From Klebsormidium nitens (Eukaryota; Plantae; Klebsormidiophyceae): a stretch of 64,000 nucleotides of DNA. A program made the translations under genes and the position numbers. Position 1 is the stretch's first letter. Every line of letters starts with the position of its first letter. The notes beneath the pieces are model-generated. The model was not told the DNA's origin, did no database searches, and worked only from the letters and a program-made list of their open reading frames with translations. The DNA lies in NCBI GenBank assembly GCA_000708835.1, contig DF237023.1:62001-126000 (forward strand), written 5' to 3'. This document shows, in pieces, positions 26,112 to 36,900 of this stretch.

Positions 26112-27034
26112 CTTCTCCCAACACCGCTTGCAGGGCGCTGGAGTCGATTGCTGGAGCCCCCCTGTTTATAGAAGATTCTCGCTGAGCCTGCAGAGGTCAG
26201 AATGAGGAGATAAAAACTCGTGGTTTGCTGCCTTGGAGCAGCTTTGACAAGGGGAGTGACCACAATAGCCAGGCGCTCCCTTCCCTACAAGTGCTCAAAG
26301 AATTTGCAAACGCAGAGAATTTGTGAACACCACTGCCCGCTCAACCAGACAAAACACTTTTCAAACCCAGCAAGTTACACATTGAACCAAATTTGACAAT
26401 CACATATGCCCTGAGACTTGTTGCAGAGAATCCAGAACCAACGGCTCACCTTCTGGTTTAAGTCAGTGTTGTCTGGTGGAGATCCAGACAGAGTGTCACC
26501 ATTGTGTGGTGTATCTGCACCCAGATGTCGACAGATCACGCCCTTTTCTGATTCGCACATATCTTAAGGGCTTGCAGAATGTTCCAAAATGAAGTAAAGA
26601 TGTCTGAATGCCGTGGACGGCCAGCTATCCATGTTTCACAGCACTTCGCAATGCGATCAATCTGTCTCTTGATTGTCCTCAAAGCCCCAAACCCCGCACA
26701 AGTCACACCAAGTCAAATATGAGGCAAACAAGCTTTTCATTACTCCTCAACGACCAGCAATAAGTCAAAAACCGCTCGAAAGCTGAAGACTTCATGGAAG
26801 ATGACTAGCAGGTTAACACCAGCCCGCACCTGCTTTCTGCCCGCCCTCTGCAGGGTTTATGACGGTGTCAGTATCACTGGCTGCGGCTGGGACCTGCCGA
26901 CTTTGGTCACCCGCAACTGCGGCAGACTGAGTCACAGAGACGTCTAATCTGTGAGAGTCCCCACTTTCTAACGTTCTCAACCAGCCGGTTTCATAAACCC
27001 CAGGCCTCCCATGCTTAGAACCACCCGTCCCCAT
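26112..27034 (-). CDS. Hypothetical small hydrophilic protein with N-myristoylation-like start; last exon not resolved
   Basis: Three phase-compatible GT-AG exons (27034-26830, 26514-26450, 26187-26112) give MGTGGSKHGRPGVYETGWLRTLESGDSHRL...GGQKA-DTPHNGDTLSGSPPDNTDLNQK-AQRESSINRGAPAIDSSALQAVLGE. No family recognised. Confidence 0.45.
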
Positions 27035-28526
27035 AGCTCTGTCAGCACGTCACCTTTTGGTTGTCATGACCGGAGATCAACACCGCAGCATTGAATCTGA
27101 AAACTAAGCAGATGACGGCGCAGTCTGTATTACATAAATTGCAGCTTGTGGCCCCTGAAGCTGCTCGACCATCGTTTGAGCTGCTCGTTGCAAAAACACA
27201 CCCTGCTTCCTTCTACGCAGAATCAGCGAGTCCTCATCTTAGCCGGTTTGCCCATCTATAAGTTATAACACCTTTCCCTCAAAAGTTTACTACCTCATAG
27301 AAGCTGGTGCTTGGGACAATCTAGTGAGCGGGCACCATGTTCTATGCTGCCCAGTGCTCCCCATTCTAGCCCCAGCTCGTGCTGGGCCCTGGCCATGCAC
27401 TCTGGTTGTTCGCTTGGCGTTGCCTGCTCCCGGCCAGATTGTTGACCACTGCCTTCCACGTGGAAGACAGAACGCCGCCTTTCCTCTGCAAAGCAAATGA
27501 CATTTGACCACGTGGAATGTCGACACCTGCGGATGCACATGCCACAGACTGCCCAAATGCATAGACAGAAAGCCGCTTGCAACTTGCTGCTTTCGAAATT
27601 GGGCAAAGCCAAACGAACCCGGCCCCGTGGCAGCGGATTCCGGCCCCTCAGGAGTCCGCTAGCGGCCGGAATCCGGGAGCGCGGGAAAGGGCTTGCCACG
27701 CTAGCCTAGCTTTGCAAGGCTGCCAGACAGGAGAGGTGGAGCTTTAATTTCTTGAGTTCAACTTCAAGGACCAGCGCCTGTTGCCAGTGCAAGCTTGGTC
27801 GATAGAAAGTCGAGCAAAGCTTGGTGGCACGGAGAGCAGGCTATTACTACAGCAGGCTCTTAAGCCGGCTGATTTGTGTGGAGTTCTCTACGCGGCTTTC
27901 TGCATAGCTACAGCCTGGACAAGGACTATGGGAAGTCCCGCTCGGGTCCTGCGAAGCTCTGTGTTCTTGTTGCATTGTTTGGCTCCTGAAGGTTGAGGAA
28001 TACGTTTTGTCCAGGTAAGGAAACTGGTTTACCAATTGGCATCAACTTGTACTGTTGCTTTTCGGTTGTGGCAGTCCCGTCCGCTGTGCAACAAATGCAA
28101 CGTCTTCAATGATGTTCTTCCATGATATAATTCATGGACAATCACGGACAGTCCATTTTCCCTTTTCTGCTTAGCCTCTTGCTGCAGTGGAATGTGACGG
28201 ACACACATTTCAGCGGTCTTCTGCATAGAAACAGGATGTGATTTTGTGGTTGTGCAGGCTGGCCCGGTCCCAGACTTGGAGCATCTATTAAGTTGGCTGG
28301 ATCTCCCTCTTTGTGTCATCTGCGTTGGGTACTCAGCCACTGAGCAGCAGTCACGTCCGCTTGTAAGCACTTTCAGACGCATATTAAAGCAGCCTATCTG
28401 CATTAAGGGCCGGATCTTAGGCACTCACCGCAGCACGTTCAACACCGCACCCGCTAGCAAAGGCCCACTCTGTGCATCTAGCCAGCTTTGCGCAATTGCA
28501 GCAATCGTGCTTCAATCTGCTCGGAC

Positions 28527-31500
28527 ATGTACAAAGGGGAGGCACGCAGCGCTAAGCAGGACTCCGTGGGCCGGGAAGAGCTGGGGAAGAAGCGTGCGGA
28601 CGTGGACGGGGGGGAGAGGGCGGGGCCGTCCTCGCGGGGGAATGGTTCTCGGGACAGGGAGAGGTCTGCGGGAGGAACGGCAGGAGCCATGCGCAGGAGC
28701 AGCGCGACCGAAGCCCGGGCGGGCAACTTTGACAAGAGCACATACCCGGATGACGGTTAGTGGAGCGCTTCCTTTTTGTTGAGAAGCCGTTCTGCGGTGT
28801 ACAGAAGGAGGTGGCACTTGACGGCTGGCCAGTGGTTGCTTGTGGTTTACTTGCTCGGATGGCTGGTTTTGGCCAACACTGTCTTACAGTGGCAGTTTTA
28901 GGGGTTCCAAGCGGGAAATAAAGGGTGCACTCTGGTTTATGCAACCAATGGTCGTGCTCATGTGCAAGAGCCTTCGCTGCTGCTGCTACTAGGGGCTAAC
29001 TTCCGGGAGAGGTGGTGCTGGCATGTTACAAAAATAGCAATCGCTGCTGGCTGAGTCCTTCGAATTGGGCTTGAGTGTGCACACTTCAGAGATACTGCTC
29101 TGTTTTCTGCCCTAAGAAAGTATTCTTCACAACCCGGCTCTAGCCTGCACTAGCACCAAGATCTGCTGGGAGGTGTGATCTCGGGGTGGTGTAAGGATTT
29201 ACCTAGACATTCATTCTTGTGTGTAACCTCTGGTTAGAAGTCAGCGCACAGTGAAACTGCTGATGGATCAGGGCAAAGTCCATCGTGCTGTTGGTTGCCC
29301 CCCAATCATTCAGCAGCACTGGGCCGCCCTCAATCTGTTTAGGGTCGTAGAAGAGATGTTTTGCAAGGAGAGCTGCGCAGTCCAATAGCTCCCCGCTGGC
29401 TGTCTCAGGACGTTGAAATTGCAAGAGCGCCAAACAGGCCCTTTCGTAATCGGTGTTACTCTGGCTGTTCCCATGTCAGGACATCTTTCAAGGTCCCTCG
29501 AGTCATTCACTCTCAAATATGTGCATGGAAAGACCCTCACCAATGTAAAACCCAAACTGGAGCAACCGCTTTCCAACATTTTTTCTTCTGACCATCCATC
29601 GGCTTGGCACGCAAGAATCTCAACGGCATGAAATTTCACTGACCATCTTGGCTTTAAAGTTCAACTCAGCTTGAATGATGCTGAATCAACCTGGGCAGGG
29701 GAGTGCCTTTGAGATCCGACATATCTTTGCTCCCAAATAGGGTGGTAGTATTCGGTCTGTGCAGGGCCGACTTAGCTACCAACAGTGCAAGTGAGCAGGT
29801 CACTGGCTCTGATTGTGGGTGTGCATGATGGAAACAAAAACAACTGGACTTTGTCGCTTCATTTAAAGACAAACGATCATCCATTTTCTTAACAGGGGAG
29901 GAAGTAGCACGACAGCTTGTTCTGCGAGGTTTGCATCATCCCTCGTTTACCGCAGGGAAATCTTGAAACACCGAGCGTTCAATCTACAGCAGATCATTTC
30001 ATTGATTTTTGCGCAGGGGAGGATCCTGATTTGACAGCAATTGTGTGAGGAGAATCGTTTGCTTAAACTGGGTTTCCGCGGAGAAAATCGGATCCAATAT
30101 TATCTTTCGCATATTCCACTGTGCCGGGGAGGATTGGACACCAACAGCACGGGTGGAAGGATGAACCGTTGGCTTAAACTAGGTCCCATGGAAGGGATTG
30201 ACACGGATATCATTCCCCGCATGTTCCTCTGCACAGGGAAGGAATCTATTCCGACAGCACAAGAACCGTTTGCTTCGAAAACTAGGTTTGTACGAAAGAG
30301 ATTGAAACTGATATCATTTTCCGCATACTCCTCTGCGCAGGGGAAGATTCGGACACCGACAGCATGTGTGGAAGGAGAACCGTTTGCTCAACCCACATTC
30401 CTACGGAAGGGTTTGACACTGAAACACTCTTCCGCGCATGCCTCTGTGCAGGGGAAATTTCAGTTCAACAGCACATGTGAATGAAGCGTTTGCTTGCGTT
30501 CGGTTTCTATGAAAGAGATTGAAACTGATATCATCTTCCGCGTATTCCTCTGCGCAGGGGAGGATTCGGACACCGACAGCGAAGAGTCCGACGTGAGCGG
30601 GTCCGACGAGGAGGACACGTCGTGGATCGCGTGGTTCTGCAGCTTGAAGGGGAACGAGTTCTTCTGCGAGGTGGACGACGAGTACATCCAGGATGACTTT
30701 AACCTCAGCGGCCTGAGCAGTCAAGTGCCCTATTATGACTATGCTCTGGACCTCATCTTGGACGTCGAATCACCCAATGGTAGGTCGCCTTTCCGTGTCG
30801 CTTTCCCTTTGCTGTGGCCTAGCTTTTCTCAGGACGTCTGGGTTCGCTTGCAGACATACCGCTTGTGAACGTTTGTGAGTTATCGTTGTGAACATACAAG
30901 GACACCCGATTTCAAATCTAGTGAGGACGTAAAAGTACATCAAGCTTTCACTCGTGCCGAGCGGAACCAACCAACAGCTTTTAAAGAGGACTTTGCAGAA
31001 GCTATGACTATGTTAAGAAGAACAATCTCTTGTTGTTTCAATGCATTTGTGGGTCGCGGCTGAGGGGCTCTAGTCCGCTCTGGATACTGTTGCGGTATGT
31101 TTGAGCATTGGAGTATGTTTCAGGGCTTCTTGAGAACTCAAGCTGCTCCATTAATGTTCTGAAGAATGATTAGTTGGTCCTGATATTCTTGAGACGTGCA
31201 AGGCATCACGGGAACTGCAGCCTCGCAAGTCACCTCCAATTCCTCCTGTCAAGCTGGATAGAAACAGATTCGGAGCCCACATCTTGATTGCTATGCTCTT
31301 CAAAACGTGTATTTCGCAAATGCGGAAAGCACTTCTTTGACATGTTCGTGACGGCGACCCCACACACGGATCGTTCCTTGCGCTGACAGATGACATGCTA
31401 ACCGAGGAACAGCACGAGATGGTCGAGTCTGCGGCGGAGATGCTCTACGGGTTGATCCACGTCCGGTACATTCTCACGACGAGAGGGATGAGCGCCATGG

Positions 31501-33031
31501 TGAGGGCTCACGCAGTTTTCCCGTCTGCATCCGGGATCTGGTAAATGCTGGTCACGACAGCCGGCGTTTAGAAGCAGATCAGGATAAACGGTCCTCTTTT
31601 CTTTGTTCGCTTTCTGGTTCTGGATTGACAGTCTTCTCACTAGATATGATGCACGTTCGAGTCAGGACACACGACAAGCATTTAAGGGGTAATGAAAAGG
31701 GGTGGAAGACTTTCTCGAAGAGGAGCGTCCTCCCTAGAGCTGGGTCGTCTCTGTCCGGTCTTTTCCTTTCTATTAGCTCGCGCCGGCTCTGAGTCCGCTG
31801 ACATATCAGGTCGGCATGTCAGACGCGATCCGCTTGTAACAAAATTTGAGCGTTTGCTTTTTCAACCGCTGCATCGTGGAAAAGGTGCCCCTTCCTTTCC
31901 AGCTCAAGGGACACCAGGTCAATAAATCTCGTTCCTGGTTTATTGCTGCCACATTCAACGGACCCGTTCTGATATCAGACTGGCGCATTGGTCTTCCAAA
32001 GAGACACGGGCATGTAGCTTCTTGGTGTTGTCTTAGACGAAGATGCTCGCCCTTTCGGTACTTGGAACGAGGAAGACTTTCACCGTGTTGGTCGACTTGG
32101 AAATTTGCTCTGGCTTTTCCTCCCTTAACTTCGAGCTTTCAGGAGTACTTGGGCAGATTGGCCAAACGCCAAACGACACCGGGCTCTTGCTTGTGCACTG
32201 TTTGCAAGACGAGAATATGTTGCGTCTTAACGCAGCTGGAAAAGTACAAGAAGTTGACCTTGTTGGTCGAGTCTGCGGTCTGGTCTGCCAATCCTTCCCC
32301 GACGCACCCATTCTTAGGTCCACCTGCTTTCAGGGCAGATCGCAGGAGGTGGCCAAACGGATCCGGGCGTTCGCAATTTGTAGTCGTAGAGTGGAGAGAC
32401 ATTCTGATCATTTGATCTTTTCCTTATTAATATGTAAATCTTATCTTCTCTCTCGTATTGTATAAATCTGTTACTTATCTATCTTTATTGCAGCTGGAAA
32501 AGTACAAGAACGTTGACTTCGGGCGGTGTCCCCGGGTCTATTGCTCCGGGCAGCCGTGCCTCCCGATGGGCCAGTCCGACATCCCGCGAACGAGCACCGT
32601 CAAGATTTACTGCCCCAAATGCGAAGACATCTACTACCCGCGCTCGAAGTACCAAGGCAGTATCCTCGGAACCGTGCTTGGCTTGCCCTTTCCTGCTATG
32701 CTCTGTTTGCGTTTTGCGGTTGAGTTGCTACTTGTGTTTGACGCGTTTTGCGTGTGCTTGCTGCTCGCCGGTTTGATCTCGCTTGGGGCACCGAAGTTGA
32801 ACGAGAACTTATGTGGTTTTAAAAGCATCTTTCCAAGCCTTTGTTCTGCATCCGTTCTCAAGAAGCTGGTTTTCCTTGACGGAAAATGTGACAGACATCG
32901 ACGGGGCGTACTTCGGGACAACGTTTCCCCACCTGTTCCTGATGACTTACTCCTACATCAAACCTCCTAAGCCGACCCAGAGTTACGTGCCTAGAATATT
33001 CGGCTTCAAATTACACAGCAGCGCCAAATAG
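28527..33031 (+). CDS. CKB: Casein kinase II regulatory subunit beta (plant type, with N-terminal extension)
   Basis: Exons 28527-28755, 30558-30779, 31390-31499, 32494-32659, 32895-33031. Translation includes MYKGEARS..., [61 protein letters not shown], zinc ribbon CPRVYC..CPKC and [17 protein letters not shown]. Confidence 0.96.
29885..30581 (+). repeat. About 105-120-bp degenerate tandem array of branch point, pyrimidine tract, acceptor and first ~24 exon nt, ending in the real CK2-beta exon-2 acceptor
   Basis: The unit GA..GATTGA.ACTGATATCAT.TTCCGC.T..TCCTCTGCGCAG|GGGAGGATTCGGACACCGACAGC has exon-start positions at about 29896, 30017, 30128 (AG lost), 30237, 30341, 30452 and the real one at 30558. 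Confidence 0.9.
32232..32310 (+). repeat. Intronic copy of the CK2-beta exon-4 acceptor and exon start, 258 bp upstream
   Basis: GCAGCTGGAAAAGTACAAGAA is an exact 21-mer at 32232-32252 and 32490-32510. A 1-nt deletion follows, and weaker similarity continues for about 60 nt. Confidence 0.85.
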
Positions 33032-33952
33032 GACGTACCTGGTGTTTAGTGGATTGTATTGAAAGATGGAACTTGTATCGTCTCGATCTCGTTGCCTACA
33101 CGACAAGGATTAGGTTTGGAGGTAAAGAGTGCACGTAAACAGCGCTTGTAAAGGTCTTGAAGGGCTGCCCGGTTCTCAACGCAAGCTGCGTTGGATAGTA
33201 CTGTCCACTGACTTACTGATCTTGATCTGCCACCACTGCCAATGCAGGGGGATCGTACGTGCATGCGTGTAGCATTGATGGCCACCATTATATGTTGCAG
33301 CAAAATCTCGGTAGTTCTCAAGTTGCTTCATGATGCTCCGGGAATTTGTGGCACGCAATGCGATGCGATCCTAAAAATGTGCACATGACTACACTGCGCA
33401 AGCATTGGTAGTCTAGGTGCCTGGCCTTTAGGCCAACATTATGTATACCTATAGACAATGACAATCGGGTACTGAGCATGCAATGCGATATTTCATATCC
33501 GTGCGATAAAACGCTCATGCATCATGTGCACTGAAGCTTGCATGGGACAAAATGCGCATATGGGCAGCGGCAGCCTGGCCTGCAGTGGGCGGTCATGTTG
33601 AGGTATGTGGCGCATGCAATTACAGCTTGGGCTAAGAGTCCTCGCAAAATTACATGTACTACAAAACCATTGGTTTTGGTAGCGTTTAGGAAACAATACT
33701 CACCAGCCTGAGCTTTGACAGGGATGGCACAATATCCAGCAGTTTGGTCAAGCACCTGACACTGTACATCAGACTTTCTCGGCCCAGATCTCTGCACTCA
33801 GTGTGCTTCGAGCAGATGACACTATCAAGCACCAGCTTCGATCCGCACCTCGTCATCGACGCACCTAGCACGTTCCACTTTGCCAGACTCACCGTCTGCC
33901 GCTCCGCCACAATCATCATTATTGGCCTCTGACATCACCTCTGACACAGTCA

Positions 33953-36900
33953 TTAATGCACCTGCTGCGCTCTCAGCACGTGCCACTCTTGCAGCACCGC
34001 CGTCTGCAGCGCCATCTGCTCTTCCGCCGCTCCGGTGGGCGCCCGGGGCCCCATCCCGGGCAGCAGGCTGTCGTCCTGTCGCGTCTTAATGGGCGGCAGG
34101 TTGAGGTGCACCGGCTGCATCGCCCGCTCTAGTTTCGCGCGCGCGTCCGCCTCCACTTCGCGCTCCGTCAGCAGCCGGACGGCGCCGTCCGTCAGGTCGT
34201 CGAACCAAAACTGCGCAAAAGTAAGTGTGGTTGTGAACCTTGGATGATTGGGAGAGCTTTTGGTTCGAAGTATCGCTGGAAGATAGCAAGATGTCTTTGC
34301 TGGCGCTGTAAAAGGGGAACCAGAAGCGCAGCAAGGAGCAGTTCGCTTCAAAGGCACTTGCATTTGTGTCGGATCCTCTGGCCAATTGCTATTGCAATCC
34401 AACGGAACGGAAAAGTAGACACGGGCGTTGAAGTGATCCTGACAGCGGCTGCATCTCCTAACCTTTCTCTGGTCTGTCAAACGCGTTGATGATAAAGCTG
34501 AACCAGTTCCTCGTAACACACTTGGACTGGGAGTTGATCAGACAGAGTCTAAAGACCACATACGCGTTCCACTGGGAGGTCCCGAATTATGAGACCACCC
34601 CCCTACCTGCGCTTCAGCCTTGATCTCCGCCACCACGTGTTCGCTGCTGGACCGGAACACGAACCGACATGACGCCACCGTGACGTCATCGCCGAAACCC
34701 CCGACGGTAGCTGGTTCGCTGTTCCCGAAGACGACCATCGCCAGAGTGTCGCCGAACCAGGTCCGGGCGAGGTAACACAACTGCAAGGAAGGAAGGAGGG
34801 GTGTCAATGATTGTGACTGCGTGTCTTGAACTCACGGCGACCTAAACGCCTCACGCGATTGCAACTTTGTTCCACTCTGCGAAGGATTACCAACTCTGAT
34901 ACAGATGTAGACACTGAAGTCATCCGGACGAAGCGGCCAGTGTATCCCAAGTCCTGTAGCTCAGCGACCCGGATCTCGTGTTTCTTGTGCTTAGGAAAAC
35001 CGTACAGTTTCTCATGATTTCAAACAGGAGATTTCGACAACCTCAAGATGTTATTTCCAAACTCCCAAAGAACCCTTCGAACTTTGTCGACCGTCAAAAT
35101 CCAAAATCACCACCATAACGCTGAGAAGCTATCCAACGCAATCCTCAGAACCCTACCAGTTCAAATTCACGCCACTCTATTCTGGACTACTGGAATATCG
35201 GCGCACCTGGAAGCCGTGCGTGGTCCAGATGACGTGGCTGCACACACACGCGAGCGGCTTCGCAGCGAACGGATTCCGGGGTTGTTCCAAGATTTTGGAG
35301 CGACACAAGTGCGGAGCACATGAAATAGGCTTTTCCCCAGGTTATTCAATCCCCTTGGCGGCTTGAATAAGCGGGTTGATTCAACTAAATACAAGCGTAA
35401 GAAACAGAAAGGATGGGTTTTGCAAACAGTACCCCACCTGGAAGCCCTGCGTAGTTCGAATGATGTGACTGCACACGCGCGCGAGCGGCTTCCCCGCCAG
35501 CGCCGCCAGGCCGGACATGAACGGCGGCAGCCCCGCGCCGGCCGCAGACGCGTCCTTGTCCGTGGGGTCGTATTCATACGCGCACGTGAAGTCGGCCATA
35601 GCGGGGAGGGTCGGCCATAGGCGGAAGAAGTCGACGGGGGCGCTTTCCATGGGGAGGAGCAATTCTGTGCAGAATGACGTCAGAGAATGAGTTTGGGTGA
35701 CGTCACTTAAAGATGCAAGAGAGGATTCCAGTGGACTCGTAATCATAAGCGTACGTAAAATCGGTCATAGCGGAGAGGGTCGGCCACAGGCGAAAGAAGT
35801 TGACGGGGGTTTTCTTGAGGACGGAGCAGCTCTGAGAGGGGAAGATTGTGCTTTGGTTGACGTCAGAGCATGAATATGGGAGAGATGACAATATAATGAG
35901 GGGGAGCAGTCCAGGCACATTGAAAACGAGGGACATCACACGCTGGCTCCGAATCAAATTAAAGTAGATACAAGCTCTCAATCGACGGGGACAAACCTTA
36001 GTCGAGAAAATCTAGAACAGGGGATGTTGCGCTCAGTTCTCTTCCTCAAGTCGCACTATCTCAAACGTCCAAGAAACAGGGCCCCTCTTCGAAAATGTTC
36101 ACATATTGACACTTGAACACTCTGCAACGTTGAAACTTCGAAACGTTTCGAAATCAAAACGCACCTGTGAGCGGCACTCGGTAGGGCTTGCACCGCAACA
36201 CGACGCACTCGCCCCGCCCAGGCGTTACTACCGCGTTCGCACTCCCGCGCCGGCTGCGGGGCAGAATGTCGCCATACTCGTTCAGGGGGGTCTCATCGAG
36301 AGCGGAGGCAGCAGGCGACTCGCCCCCCCCGGGGTAGTAGAGCAGCTGGACGTTCAGGGTGCACCGCTCGAACTTGGAAACGGTTACAGTGACGTCAGCT
36401 AAGACGGGGTCCTGCACAAATCAGGGGTGCGGAGTGTTACTGCAAACGTATGAGCAACACTCTTTCTTGAGCGGATCGCATGGATCGTCTGAAAACTGTT
36501 GACCGGGTCTGAGCCCGCAGAAGTAGGACAGGCAGTATAGGATGCAGAGCCTGCAAATCACTGAGACCTTACTGAGTGTCGAGACCGCTGCGTCATCCAA
36601 ATCGTCTCCAATCGCTCAACTCTTCATATTCGTCAGCGTTGTCCGACTTCGCCCACTAGAATCATCTCCGTAAAAAAACTACGTAACATCGATCCATGGG
36701 GCAAAGCATTCCCTCACTTCCTACTCCATGGGTGAACACTATCAGAACAACGGATGAGGAGCCTCGAAGCCTTGACTATTCAATGGACTACGCGAGCGAG
36801 TGATACTGAGAAGCAAAGAAGCAGGAGGGAGCTCCTGTCGAGAAAAGCTACCCACCTATGAAGCAGAAACTTTCAGCTGGCACGGCGCTTGCATCAGGTT

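Noticed and set aside
29885-30581. Regularly spaced repeats suggesting a CRISPR-like array
   Set aside because: It lies in a eukaryotic intron. The whole unit is homologous, so there are no unique spacers, the repeat equals the host acceptor and exon start, and no cas genes are present.
35728-35834. Mutually exclusive alternative TPLATE exon
   Set aside because: The copy has a 2-nt deletion relative to the real exon, covers only its first ~100 nt, and has no matching donor.
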